NCBI GenBank assembly: GCA_963703345.1
Contig: OY969814.1
Location: forward strand, 1,920,001 to 1,984,000
Length of the DNA stretch: 64,000 nt
Source of the DNA: an uncultured Chloroflexia bacterium
GTDB lineage: Bacteria; Chloroflexota; Dehalococcoidia; DSTF01; JALHUB01
Direction: 5' to 3'
Part shown: piece by piece, positions 54,208 to 64,000 of the stretch
How the letters are laid out: each line of letters begins with the position of its first letter
How positions within the stretch are numbered: position 1 is the first letter of the stretch
Position numbers and translations under genes: made by a program
The notes under the pieces: model-generated
The model's database searches: none
What the model was told of the DNA's origin: nothing
Seen by the model: the letters and a program-made list of their open reading frames with translations, nothing else

Positions 54208-54265
54208 GGCGTCCCTCCCACCGTCATTGTAGGCGAGACGGAGGAGCATGACCAGCGGCGCCGGA

Positions 54266-55012
54266 TCAGGAGGTTGGTACGCGTCTTCTGCCCTTCAGCC
54301 CCGTCGCCAGCTTCGTCGCGACCTCGCGGCGAACGCGCGCCGGCAGCTCCGACTCGTGCCGCTCGACGAAGGCTATGACGGCGCCGCGGTCGAACTGGCT
54401 GAGGGCGCGCAAAGCCCAGGATAGCGCCTTTGCCACCATGTCGTCGCGGTCAGACGCGACGAGATCGCAGATCGCCAGCGTGCGCGTGGCCGCCTCGCCC
54501 TTCGACTCGCGGCTGAGGGCGACGGTTGAGACGACGGCGGCGCGTCGCCACCAGCGGTCCGGCGAATGCGCCCAGCGGAGAAACGTCTCGTCGTCCAGCC
54601 GGCCTTTCGCCCATGGCGGCCCGCTGATCGTGCCGGCGAAGGCGTCGACAGAGGCCCAGTTGTCCATGCCGCGTCCCAGCGCTTCGACGCGCTTGACGGT
54701 GAGCGCGGCCATGGCACCGCGATGGCGGTAGATGAGCTCGTAGGCGACCTGGCGGCCTTCGAAGGTGCCGGCGTCGATGACGGCGTCGGCGAGCCGCAGG
54801 ACGTCTTCGGCGGGCGCATCCCGCAGGCGCTTCGCGACGTCGCGGACGATGGCGCGGAGGTCGGGCACGGAGACGCCGACGACCTCCAGGGCGGTCGGGA
54901 AGTAGGTGACGGCGATGCGCTTTCGCTCCGGATTGGCGACGGCGCGGAGCCGGGCGTCGATTTCGGCTGTGACGGCGGCGACGTCGATCAACTCAGGGCT
55001 AATCCGTCGCAA
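54266..55012 (-). CDS. DNA alkylation repair protein (AlkD-like)
   Basis: GVSVPDLR, NWASVD, WWRR, KALSWALR; start uncertain. Confidence 0.85.
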   Translation of the reverse strand: MRRISPELIDVAAVTAEIDARLRAVANPERKRIAVTYFPTALEVVGVSVPDLRAIVRDVAKRLRDAPAEDVLRLADAVIDAGTFEGRQVAYELIYRHRGAMAALTVKRVEALGRGMDNWASVDAFAGTISGPPWAKGRLDDETFLRWAHSPDRWWRRAAVVSTVALSRESKGEAATRTLAICDLVASDRDDMVAKALSWALRALSQFDRGAVIAFVERHESELPARVRREVATKLATGLKGRRRVPTS

Positions 55013-55164
55013 TCATGAGGTTTGTCGCCCTGATGACGGCGTGTGTTGCGAGCGCTTATCTTCATGATTCCGCGCCTTCCTGCGCTTTTCCTCAGCTTAC
55101 CATATCGGCCAGTCGGACTTGACACCTACGCCCTCGTGGGGCGACAATCTGGCATCGCTAGCGA

Positions 55165-55509
55165 ATGGAGCGTAGCATGAAAGTGCTCTTCCTTCTCCTG
55201 GCGCTGTTCCTGTCGAGCGCGGCGCTGACCGCTGCCTGCGGCGGGAATGACCAAGCGGCAGCAACACCCACCCCGACGCAAGCGGCACGAACGCCCCCTC
55301 CGATCACGGCTTCGGGCCAGTCGACAGACCGCGCCGGTTGCGATCCGTCTTATCCCGACGCGTGTTTGAAGGATGGCATCGGTGACTACGACTGCGCGGG
55401 CGGCACGGGTAACGGCCCGAACTACGTCAAGGGCCCCATTCGCGTGCTGCCGCCCGACCCTTTCCGCCTCGACAGCGACCACAATGGCTGGGGGTGCGAG
55501 AGCCACTGA
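55165..55509 (+). CDS. Lipoprotein with Excalibur-like Ca-binding domain
   Basis: TAAC lipobox; CDPSYP, DYDC, LDSDHNGWGCE. Confidence 0.75.
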   Translation: MERSMKVLFLLLALFLSSAALTAACGGNDQAAATPTPTQAARTPPPITASGQSTDRAGCDPSYPDACLKDGIGDYDCAGGTGNGPNYVKGPIRVLPPDPFRLDSDHNGWGCESH

Positions 55510-55549
55510 GCGAAGGCCGCGAGGAATCCTCTTCGCGCGCGAACCGCGC

Positions 55550-57250
55550 CTAGTCCTCGATGATCACGGTGCCCTGCGAGCCGTCGACGGTGATGATCTG
55601 GCCCGTCCTGATGCACTGCGTCGCGGTCTTGACGCCGACGACCGCCGGCAGGCCGTACTCGCGGGCGACGATGGAGCCGTGCGACAGCGTGCCGCCTATG
55701 TCCACGACAAGCCCCGCCACGACGACGAATAGCGGCGTCCAGCCGGCGTCGGTCACCGGCGCGACGAGTATCTCCCCGCGTTTGACCTCGACGTTGTCGC
55801 GGGGGTCGTGGACGACGCGGGCGGGGCCGGTCGCGCGCCCCGGCGAGACGGGAAGCCCCCGCAAGACCTGGCCCGGAGTCAACGACGGCGCGGCGCTTAG
55901 AGGTCGCGGGCGTCCGGCGAAGGCGTCGGGCAGAACGACGACCCGGTTTCGCTCCTCCTCCTCGCGGCGGCGACGCACTCTGGTCATGGCTTCCGCCGGG
56001 TCGAGCCTTCCCTCCGCCAGGTCGGTAGCTTCGTCCCAGGTGAGGTAGTAGATGTCGTCGGGCTTCGTCAGGCGCCCGTCGGCGCTGAGGCGTTGGCTGA
56101 GCTCGCGCATCAGACGGCGAAAGTGGTCGTTGGCGCGGATGAGGAGCGACTTCGTGCGCTCCCGCTGCGCCAGGCTGTTGCGGGCGTCGCGGAGGGCCCA
56201 GCGAAACGCCCAATGCCTGCGCCTGCCGACGCGCCGCACAGCGTCCTTCTCAGCGACCTCGCGTTCGCGGCGCTGGTGTTCCTCCATCGAGTGGGGGTCG
56301 GCGGCGGGATCGGCGTTGAGGTAGCTCCTGATCATCGTGAACACGCAGGGCATGTCGTCCGTCCACGTGGGGCTGGAAAGATCGCCCTCCCTGACAGCGC
56401 GATGGCCGTGGCGCCCCAGGAATTCGGCGAGGCGGGCGCGAAATGGGCCGGCGGCACCTTCGTCGAGGCTGTTCAGCGTGCATTCGATCTCCGCGCCGTC
56501 GCCGGAAGCAAACGCATCACATAGCGCCGGCGAGGACAGGACGAGGCGCGAGAGGTCCCACAGGTCGAAGGCGGGACGGGCGCTCTCGACGCTGCCGGCG
56601 CTGCAGAGCGTCGCGTGGAGAGAACCATCGTCGCCGAGCCAGTCGGCCGTGCGCTGCCGCAGCCGCTCGAAGCTGAGGCCGGCGGACGCGGACGCCATCA
56701 AGTGGACGCTGGCATGAGGGGCCGTCTTGGCGCGCCCGTCGCGGACCGTCGCCGTCAGCTCTTCGAGGGAAAGCTGCGCAAGAGGGCGCAGGCTTTCCTC
56801 CGACTCATTCCCCTCGACCACGCGCTGGAAGCCGCGTATCTCCGCCGGCAATCGAAGCCAGACCCAGAGCACGCGGACGGCGGTGACGCCGCGGCGGAGG
56901 CGCTCGACGGGCGAACGGCGGACCGGCGCTGTTTCGGAGCGCGCGACGCCGAAGTACTGCTCGTCGAGACCGTCGTTGCCGGAGCCTTTGTCCGCCGCTT
57001 CTCGCAAGAGCGAGGCGTTGAGGAAGGGACGGCCGTAGAAGAGGGCCATAAATGGGTCAGGGTTGCTGATCTTGATGCCGGCGCGTCCGATCATGCGGCG
57101 CCAGGCCCGATCCATCACGTCGCTCATGAGCGACCAGGCGAGCGGCGAAACGGCGCCGGGGAGCACCTCCTGCACGTTCGCGGACGTCCAGACGGTGTCG
57201 GGGTGCGCCTGCGTGTCGAACTCGCATTCGGCCCTGGTGGCTGTGTCCAT
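55550..57250 (-). CDS. PEP-utilising mobile-domain protein (rifampicin-phosphotransferase-like, no ATP-grasp domain)
   Basis: WTSANVQEVLPG, FLGRHGHR, TDAGWTP, LSHGSIVAREYG. Confidence 0.8.
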   Translation of the reverse strand: MDTATRAECEFDTQAHPDTVWTSANVQEVLPGAVSPLAWSLMSDVMDRAWRRMIGRAGIKISNPDPFMALFYGRPFLNASLLREAADKGSGNDGLDEQYFGVARSETAPVRRSPVERLRRGVTAVRVLWVWLRLPAEIRGFQRVVEGNESEESLRPLAQLSLEELTATVRDGRAKTAPHASVHLMASASAGLSFERLRQRTADWLGDDGSLHATLCSAGSVESARPAFDLWDLSRLVLSSPALCDAFASGDGAEIECTLNSLDEGAAGPFRARLAEFLGRHGHRAVREGDLSSPTWTDDMPCVFTMIRSYLNADPAADPHSMEEHQRREREVAEKDAVRRVGRRRHWAFRWALRDARNSLAQRERTKSLLIRANDHFRRLMRELSQRLSADGRLTKPDDIYYLTWDEATDLAEGRLDPAEAMTRVRRRREEEERNRVVVLPDAFAGRPRPLSAAPSLTPGQVLRGLPVSPGRATGPARVVHDPRDNVEVKRGEILVAPVTDAGWTPLFVVVAGLVVDIGGTLSHGSIVAREYGLPAVVGVKTATQCIRTGQIITVDGSQGTVIIED

Positions 57251-57273
57251 ACTTCGAGCCCTCCGGCTGTCGT

Positions 57274-59667
57274 TTAGCTCGCCAGATGAACTATTGTGAC
57301 GCCTTCGCCGCCCTCTTCCCGCGGCGCGAAATCATAGTCCTTCACCAGCGGGTGCGAGGAGAGCATCTGCCGCACGGCTCGTGCCAGGGTGCCGGTCCCC
57401 TTGCCATGGACGATGCGCACCCAGGGCAACCGCGCGCGGAAGGCATCGTCGAGGTACTTGTCGAGGTCAGGCAGCGCCTCGTCGACCAGGCGACCGCGCA
57501 TCTGTATCTCCATCGGCACGGACGGCGGCGGCGGCGTGACGGGCGCCGTCCCACCGATGACCGGACCGTGCGCCTTGACGCGCTGCACCTTCTCGACTTT
57601 CTTCAGCGGCACCTGGCTGTGCAGCGAGCCCAGCCGGATGGCCACTTCGCCCTTCTCGTCCGGCGGCGACAGCGCTTCGCCGAAGCGGCCCAGCCCGCGC
57701 ACCCAGACGATGTCGCCGGCCTGTATCTCTTCCGGCAGCACGAGGTCGCCTCCCTTGCGACGGCGGCGTCTGGGAGACGGAGGCGGCGGCTTCAGCGCCT
57801 CGGCCACGGCTTCGGCGGCGGCGACCTTCTCGGCGGCCGCCTCGGGCTTCTGACGCTCGATGCGACGACCGGCGTGCGCCAGGAGCTGTCGGACTCGAGC
57901 GAGCTCTTCCTCCGCCTCGTTGCGGGCGTTGGCGAGGATCTGCTCGCGCTCCTCTTCGATGGCGTCGAGCTTGTCCTCCAGGCGCAGGCGTATCTCCTCC
58001 GCTTCCTTGCGGGCGAGCAGCTCGGCGCGACGGGCGTCCTCGGCGGCGGCGCGCTCGCGCTGGATCTCGGCCAGGAGGCTTTCGGCGTGCGCCCGCTCCG
58101 GCTCGATGGACGCGCGGGCGGCGGCTATAACGTCCTTCGGCAGGCCCAGCCGCTCGGCGATTGCGAGGGCGTTACTGCTGCCGGGCAGGCCGATGGCGAT
58201 GCGATAGGTCGGCGCCAGCGTCTCCGTGTCGAACTCGACGGAGGCGTTCATGACGCCGCTGGTGCTGTGCGCGAAGACCTTGAGCTCGCCGTGGTGGGTC
58301 GTCGCGACCGTCAGGCAGGCGGTGGCGAGGACACGTTCGAGGAGGGCGCGGGCCAGCGCGGCGCCTTCGTCGGGGTCGGTGCCAGCGCCGAGCTCGTCGA
58401 GGAGCACAAGGCTGTTGGGGCCGGCCCCGGCGAGGATGCCGATGATGTTCGTCATGTGGCTGCTGAAGGTGGAAAGCGACTGCTCGATACTCTGCTCGTC
58501 GCCGATATCGGCGAGGACGGCGTCGAAAACGGGCAGGCGGCTGCCGGCGTCGGCGGGCACAGGCAGGCCGGCCTGGGCCATCGCGCTCATCAGCCCGACC
58601 GTCTTCAGGGCGACCGTCTTGCCGCCGGTGTTCGGGCCGGTAATGAGCAGCACGCTGTAGTTGCCACCGACGGAGAGCGAGGTGGGGACGGCCTCGCCGC
58701 GGAGCAGCGGATGGCGGGCGTTCACGAGGTGAAGGGCGTCGGGCGGGCGCGTCAGCCAGGGCTGCGATTCGCCGTCGTAAGGCAGCTCCGTCGCGCCGAG
58801 CTCTTCGGCGAGGGCGGCCTTGGCGAAAGCGAGGTCGAGCTCCGCCAGCGATTCGATGTTGACGCCGATGGCGTGGGCGGAGCGGCCGGCAAGCGCGCTG
58901 AGACGGCGGAGAACGCGCTCGACCTCCCGCTGCTCCTCGGCCTGCGTTTCGCGCCAGGTGTTGCCGAGGTCGACGACCGCGAGGGGCTCGATGAACACGG
59001 TGGCGCCGCTCGCCGACACGTCGTGGATGATGCCGCGCACCTGGCCGCCGGCTTCGACTTTGATTGGGATGACGTAGCGGCCTTCCCGCAGGGTGATGAT
59101 GGGCTCCTGGATGGCGGCGCGCATGTCCGGCGCCGTCAGAAGCTCCTGGAGCTTGGCGTAGAGGCGGTCGTGCACCGTGTGGAGATCGCGGCGGACGATA
59201 GCGAGCGCCGGGCTGGCGGCGTCGGCGATCTCGGCACGCGGCGTGATGCAGCGATAGATCTCTCCGGCGACTTCGGCGAGGTCGGTGATGCGCTCGGCGA
59301 TCTCCACGAGGAGCGGCAGCTTGTTCGCGGGCAGTCCGCCGAGCCGGACCAACGTCTCCTTGAGGCCGCGGCCCGCCGCCAGCGTGCCGGCGACGTCGAG
59401 CAGCTCCGACGGCTCGAGGATGCCGCCGAGGTTCGCCTTGTTGGCAAGCTGTCGCACATCGTGGACGCCGCCGAGGCCGCTGCGGGGCTGCATCTCGCGC
59501 AGGCGTCGCGCTTCGGCAGTGAGACGCTGTCGGCGGACCACCTCGTCGTAGTCCGTGGACGGGCGCAGCGACACGGCGAGGTCGCGGCCGGCGGAGAACG
59601 AGGTGTGCTTCGCCAGTCGCGCCAGCACCTTCTCGAACTCGAGCGTGGCAAGGGTCTTCTCGTCCAT
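57274..59667 (-). CDS. mutS2: Endonuclease MutS2
   Basis: TGPNTGGKT, DEQSIEQSLSTFS, DELGAGTDP, Smr HGKGTG. Confidence 0.95.
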   Translation of the reverse strand: MDEKTLATLEFEKVLARLAKHTSFSAGRDLAVSLRPSTDYDEVVRRQRLTAEARRLREMQPRSGLGGVHDVRQLANKANLGGILEPSELLDVAGTLAAGRGLKETLVRLGGLPANKLPLLVEIAERITDLAEVAGEIYRCITPRAEIADAASPALAIVRRDLHTVHDRLYAKLQELLTAPDMRAAIQEPIITLREGRYVIPIKVEAGGQVRGIIHDVSASGATVFIEPLAVVDLGNTWRETQAEEQREVERVLRRLSALAGRSAHAIGVNIESLAELDLAFAKAALAEELGATELPYDGESQPWLTRPPDALHLVNARHPLLRGEAVPTSLSVGGNYSVLLITGPNTGGKTVALKTVGLMSAMAQAGLPVPADAGSRLPVFDAVLADIGDEQSIEQSLSTFSSHMTNIIGILAGAGPNSLVLLDELGAGTDPDEGAALARALLERVLATACLTVATTHHGELKVFAHSTSGVMNASVEFDTETLAPTYRIAIGLPGSSNALAIAERLGLPKDVIAAARASIEPERAHAESLLAEIQRERAAAEDARRAELLARKEAEEIRLRLEDKLDAIEEEREQILANARNEAEEELARVRQLLAHAGRRIERQKPEAAAEKVAAAEAVAEALKPPPPSPRRRRRKGGDLVLPEEIQAGDIVWVRGLGRFGEALSPPDEKGEVAIRLGSLHSQVPLKKVEKVQRVKAHGPVIGGTAPVTPPPPSVPMEIQMRGRLVDEALPDLDKYLDDAFRARLPWVRIVHGKGTGTLARAVRQMLSSHPLVKDYDFAPREEGGEGVTIVHLAS

Positions 59668-59724
59668 GGGAGAGTATTGTAGCAGACTCCGCGGTTCAGC
59701 AGAGATGGAGATGCAGAGGAAGGT

Positions 59725-60543
59725 CTAGTCGAGGGAGAGCCAGATGCGGTAGAGCCGGCGCCGCGGCAGGCCATAGAGTTTTGAGAGCTGCGCCGTCGCG
59801 GCCTGGGCGCCCACGCCTTCTTCGCGCAGCCGCCGCATCTCGGCGATGACCTCCGGCGGGACCGCTTCGTCGGCTGACGCAGCAGGAGCGCTGGCGATGA
59901 CCAGCGTGAACTCGCCGCGAGGCTCCGCGAAGTGCCGCAGGGCGTCGGAGACGCGGCCGCGAAACACCTCCTCGTAGAGCTTCGTCAGCTCGCGGCAGAC
60001 GGCGACGTCGCGGTCACCCAGCGCCTGCTCGATGTCGGCCAGCGTCTGGCGCAGGCGGTGCGGCGCCTCGAAGGCGACAAGCGTCTCTTCGCGCGCTGCC
60101 AGCGACTGGAGCAGGCGTCGACGCTCCGTTGCCTGACGCGGCAGGAAGCCGAGGTACGTGAACGCGCGGGTCGACAGGCTGGAGACGGCAAGCGCGGTCG
60201 TAATCGCCGAGGGGCCAGGCACGGGCACGACCGGAATGCCGGCGGCGTAGGCGGCGCGCACAAGGTCCTGCCCGGGGTCGCTTATCGCCGGCATGCCGGC
60301 TTCGGAGACGAGCGCAACGTCGCCCTCCATCAGCTTCGCGAGGATGACCGATGTTTTCGAGCGCTTGTTGCGGTCGTTGTAGCTGGTCAGCGGCGTGTGG
60401 ATGTCGTAGTGCGAGAGCAACTTCCGTGTCGTGCGCGTGTCTTCCGCGGCGATGAGACTCACCTCTCGGAGCGTTCGCAGCGCCCGCAGCGTCACGTCCT
60501 CCAGGTTGCCAATCGGCGTCGCGACGAGATAGAACGTGCCCAT
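59725..60543 (-). CDS. rsmI: 16S rRNA C1402 2'-O-methyltransferase
   Basis: VATPIGNLED, AAEDTR, SDPG, RELTKLYE. Confidence 0.95.
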   Translation of the reverse strand: MGTFYLVATPIGNLEDVTLRALRTLREVSLIAAEDTRTTRKLLSHYDIHTPLTSYNDRNKRSKTSVILAKLMEGDVALVSEAGMPAISDPGQDLVRAAYAAGIPVVPVPGPSAITTALAVSSLSTRAFTYLGFLPRQATERRRLLQSLAAREETLVAFEAPHRLRQTLADIEQALGDRDVAVCRELTKLYEEVFRGRVSDALRHFAEPRGEFTLVIASAPAASADEAVPPEVIAEMRRLREEGVGAQAATAQLSKLYGLPRRRLYRIWLSLD

Positions 60544-60768
60544 TATGTCAAGAGTTGCCCTAACGACTATCTTTTTTCGGAATTATATCAGATCGTCACA
60601 GATTCGCGTTGACCTCTCCGCCCCCGCTTGGTATAGTTTCACTATACTCCTCGCAGTTCCCCACGCCGAAGGGAGGGCAGCGCAATGAGGGACGTTGGCT
60701 GGCAAGGCGTCCCGGGTCGGGCGTCCGCATCCTCGGCGGCGGTCGTCGACGCTGAGCAGCGGGAAGAG

Positions 60769-61908
60769 ATGCGCCTGGCGCCGCCCGGCGCAAAGCAGAT
60801 GCGCCGCGCTTACGGCTTCGACGAAGTCGCCATCGTCCCCGGCGACGTCACGATCAACCCGGAGCTCGTCGATATCTCCTTCGCTCTCGGCGATGTCAAG
60901 CTGCGACTGCCGTTCCTCGCGGCCGGTATGGATGCGGTAGTCGATCCCCGTTCGGCCGCCATCTTCTCGCAGCTCGGTGGGCTTGCCGTCCTCAACGTCG
61001 ACGGCCTGCAGACGCGCTACCAAGACCCGGAAGGCGTTCTTCGAGAGATAGCCGCCGCGTCGCAGGAGACCGTGGGCGCGCTTCTCCAGCGAATCTACTC
61101 GCAGCCGGTGCGCCTCGACCTCGTCGGCGAGCGCGTGCGCGCTGTCAAGCGAGAGGGCGCGCTCTGCGCCGTCTCCTGCACGCCGGCGAATGCCAAGCGC
61201 TTCGCGCCGGTAGCCGTAGAAGCCGGCGTGGACGTGTTCGTCGTCCAGTCGACCGTGACGACGGCGCGTCACAGCTCGCGCAGCCTGGAGGGCCTTCGCT
61301 TCGAGAAGCTGTGCGAGCAGGTGCCGGTGCCCGTGATCGTCGGCAACACCGTCAGCTTCGGCCCCTGCAAAGACCTAATGGAGACCGGCATTGCGGCCGT
61401 GCTCGTCGGCGTCGGCCCGAGCGTCATCTGCACCACGCGCGACGTCCTGGGCATCGGCGTGCCGCAGGTGACGGCGATAATCGACTGCGCCGCCGCCCGC
61501 GACGCGTACCAGCGGGAAAGCGGCCGCTACGTGCCGATAATCGCCGACGGCGGCATCCACACCGGCGGCGACCTGTGCAAGGCGTTCGCTGCCGGCGCGG
61601 ACGCCGCGATGCTGGGGACGCTTCTGGCTGTTGCGGAGGAAGCGCCGGGCCGCGGCTACCACTGGGGCATGTCGGCGCCGCACGCGGAGCTGCCACGGGG
61701 CAAGCGCGTGCACGTGGGCGTGCGGGCGAGCCTGGAGAAGATCCTCTACGGGCCGACCTCTCGCAGCGACGGCACGGAGAACCTTGCCGGCGTTCTGCGG
61801 ACCGCGCTCGGTGTCTGCGGGGCGAGCAACGTCCGCGAGTTCCACCAGGCGGAGATGGTGATTGCGCCTTCAATAAAGACTGAAGGGAAGACGATCACTT
61901 CGGCCTGA
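60769..61908 (+). CDS. guaB3: GuaB3-family IMP dehydrogenase-like protein
   Basis: RAYGFDEVAIVP, CTTR, ADGG, HWGM; alternative start 60685. Confidence 0.88.
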   Translation: MRLAPPGAKQMRRAYGFDEVAIVPGDVTINPELVDISFALGDVKLRLPFLAAGMDAVVDPRSAAIFSQLGGLAVLNVDGLQTRYQDPEGVLREIAAASQETVGALLQRIYSQPVRLDLVGERVRAVKREGALCAVSCTPANAKRFAPVAVEAGVDVFVVQSTVTTARHSSRSLEGLRFEKLCEQVPVPVIVGNTVSFGPCKDLMETGIAAVLVGVGPSVICTTRDVLGIGVPQVTAIIDCAAARDAYQRESGRYVPIIADGGIHTGGDLCKAFAAGADAAMLGTLLAVAEEAPGRGYHWGMSAPHAELPRGKRVHVGVRASLEKILYGPTSRSDGTENLAGVLRTALGVCGASNVREFHQAEMVIAPSIKTEGKTITSA

Positions 61909-61942
61909 GGCGACCGCTCCAAACAACTGCGCGCTGACAGCT

Positions 61943-62058
61943 TGGTGGGCGATGCAGGGCTCGAACCTGCGACCTTCTGGGTGTTAAGCATCTGCGCCTG
62001 AGCGCTGTGCAACGGAATCAGCACCCCCGAGCGAAAACGCGGAAGTTATCATCTGGAA
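61943..62058 (-). repeat. tRNA-Val-half repeat copy 4 (inverted)
   Basis: Four mismatches over 116 bp versus 490-605; loop reads TTAACAC. Confidence 0.9.
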
Positions 62059-62173
62059 CCTGAGGCTCAAGGCCGGCCTTGTCCGCAAGAAGCCGCGATG
62101 GCGCGAAGCCCTGCGTCGCGCGTTTCCCATGGAAACCTAGTATCGTGTGACGTCTTTGTTGTTTGGGATGAAG

Positions 62174-63499
62174 CTATTCGACAAGCTTCATGCTTGGCTT
62201 TCCGACATCCACGTAGTCGGCGTAGTTGATAGTAACCGCGTTGGAGCCGGAGTAGCTGAATGTGTTGACGATTATCTGGAGAGCGCCCAGATTTCCTCCC
62301 CCTGACACATTCAACTGGGCGGCAGGCAGGTAGATGATTCCCGTGGTGGTGTAGCTGGACCCCGCGTACTTCATCTGCGCGTTGCAGCTGCTGGCCTGCC
62401 AGAAGAGCATGTTCTTGTAGGCGCCGGAGGTGGGCGCGCTGAGGGTCAGGGTGCCGGAGCCCTGGATGGCGATAGAACCGCAAGCGCCGTTGTTGTTCTG
62501 AGCGTAGGCGTCGTCGATGTTGTAGAAGGTAACGCCGGTGCCGTGGATGTTAGTCCCGCCGCTATAATCGAATCCGCCGCCGGCAAAGATGTAGACGCCA
62601 GAACTGAAGGTGACAGTCCCTACTCCGGTGATCTTCAGGCCGCCGTAGTATGTTCCGGGCTGAAGCGTGACGGTTTTATCATTAAAGGTTGTAGCTTTGG
62701 GGTTTTTGGCAGTCCCGCTGGAAGTACTTGATGCCGCCACGCAACCGGGGGTCGGTGTGGTGCCGCAAGGAACGGGCGGGGACAAAGATGCGAGCGGGTC
62801 GGGCACTTGACCGGGGACAGACTCTGGCGGGACTGATGTCGTGGCGTTGTTGCTCAGCGACCAAGATCCCGCACTGTAGTAATCAATGTAATCGGCCACA
62901 AAGTGACTGCCGCCGCCTTGGGAGCCGGAAGGCCCGGGGGGCTGGCACTTTGTACCTGATGAGTTGACGATTGCGCCACCGCCGTTGATCGTGAGGGTGC
63001 TGTTGCTCGTCTGGTTGTAAGCCGGGCAGGCAGTCTTGTCGAGGACAACCAAGGCGTAGTTCTTGGGGACGGTGGTGATGCCTGCGACGGCGCGGGCACT
63101 GATGGTGAACGTCTTGACCCCCACAACCCGCATGAACGCTGTTGGCTGCGAGTGAACTATGTCTACTTCCACGTAGTTAGCGTCGCCGGCATGCGTGCCC
63201 GAATGAGGCGGGATCGAAACGCTTGTTTCGTTGGCCGGGTAGCCGTTCTTTTGTGCCCAGCCCGAAGCTGCGCTAATGGCATCTGAGCGGGAGCCGTCGG
63301 TTAGCAGAACGCCGGCCCCAGCAAGAGCAGCAGCATCCGCACCGTTCTGCGTTTGGGTGCGAACGACGAGGACCGTTCCTCCGTCGATAGCCAGGCCTGC
63401 GAACCCGATGAGCACCGTCATCATCACGCCGGCGAGGATGGCAACCTGACCGCCCTGGTTTCGATGAAGCCTCCCCCAGACGCGAGATAGAATGCGCAT
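62174..63499 (-). CDS. TadG-like Flp pilus assembly protein
   Basis: GQVAIL prepilin site; GLAIDGG; QNGADAAALAGA. Confidence 0.85.
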   Translation of the reverse strand: MRILSRVWGRLHRNQGGQVAILAGVMMTVLIGFAGLAIDGGTVLVVRTQTQNGADAAALAGAGVLLTDGSRSDAISAASGWAQKNGYPANETSVSIPPHSGTHAGDANYVEVDIVHSQPTAFMRVVGVKTFTISARAVAGITTVPKNYALVVLDKTACPAYNQTSNSTLTINGGGAIVNSSGTKCQPPGPSGSQGGGSHFVADYIDYYSAGSWSLSNNATTSVPPESVPGQVPDPLASLSPPVPCGTTPTPGCVAASSTSSGTAKNPKATTFNDKTVTLQPGTYYGGLKITGVGTVTFSSGVYIFAGGGFDYSGGTNIHGTGVTFYNIDDAYAQNNNGACGSIAIQGSGTLTLSAPTSGAYKNMLFWQASSCNAQMKYAGSSYTTTGIIYLPAAQLNVSGGGNLGALQIIVNTFSYSGSNAVTINYADYVDVGKPSMKLVE

Positions 63500-63503
63500 A
63501 GTC

Positions 63504-63977
63504 CTACTCCAATCGCATGTCGGATTTTGACGATAGGTCGAAATAGCCGGGGAAATTTCCTCCTGAAACGAGGGTAAGAACGCTGGACAAGGGGGTGATC
63601 AGGGTATAGCGGTACTGCGCCTGCACTACCACTGAGTTGCCGGAAGTGCGACCGTTGGGGAAGGTCACGCTCACGCTCCGCATATCGGCGATGGTCAAGT
63701 CTGCGGTCTCGCAGACACGGCTTACGACGTTGCCCCGGTCAGAGCCGGTGCAGTCGGTCGGGTATGTGCCGGCAGCGTTCCCGACCGCCGCGTAGCGCGC
63801 TCCTTCGCGCGCCGCGTTCGTCAACTCGACGTAGGATTTGAACCCCATGCTGAAATCGACGATCGCCAGGCAGAGCAGCAACAGAATCGGTGCCACCATG
63901 GTGAACTCCACCAGACTTTGGCTCCGCTCAGATCCAATCCTTCGCAACATCCTAACGACTCCATGTCTCCCACTCAC
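63504..63977 (-). CDS. tadE: TadE family pseudopilin
   Basis: QSLVEF...P; NAAREGARYA. Confidence 0.88.
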   Translation of the reverse strand: MSGRHGVVRMLRRIGSERSQSLVEFTMVAPILLLLCLAIVDFSMGFKSYVELTNAAREGARYAAVGNAAGTYPTDCTGSDRGNVVSRVCETADLTIADMRSVSVTFPNGRTSGNSVVVQAQYRYTLITPLSSVLTLVSGGNFPGYFDLSSKSDMRLE

Positions 63978-64000
63978 GTATGCGTTCGCGCCGACGAGCG

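Noticed and set aside
52323-59682. Long antisense ORFs (e.g. 57286-59682, 52323-53597; also 36578-38101)
   Set aside because: Shadow frames of high-GC3 genes with no motifs

Overview
High-GC bacterial window whose gene content suggests Chloroflexota/Dehalococcoidia (inference). The left ~22.5 kb is an accessory region. It holds small cargo genes separated by ~190-bp repeats that end in the 3' half of a tRNA-Val, a type III restriction-modification locus, a MerB-like gene interrupted by two in-frame UGA codons, a PAS/GAF/HD-GYP gene and satP between 32-bp tRNA-Asp-like direct repeats, and a tyrosine and a serine recombinase next to tRNA-Arg(CCG). The rest is mostly housekeeping (comM, bS22, hpt, ade, ferredoxin, rmuC, glyQS, hppA, otsA/otsB, tRNA-CAT, rarA, mutS2, rsmI, guaB3). 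It also contains a comM-duplication scar, a KTSC/OLD/beta-CASP/RmuC operon, and a fourth, inverted tRNA-Val repeat at the edge of a tad pilus locus. Top leads: (1) a predicted two-selenocysteine organomercurial-lyase homolog with matching GGUC-loop SECIS-like hairpins; (2) a tRNA-half-anchored repeat/cassette system; (3) a family of 11-6-11 palindromic sites tied to the tyrosine recombinase; (4) a candidate KTSC-OLD-beta-CASP defence module. All calls come from reading motifs by eye; no searches were run.
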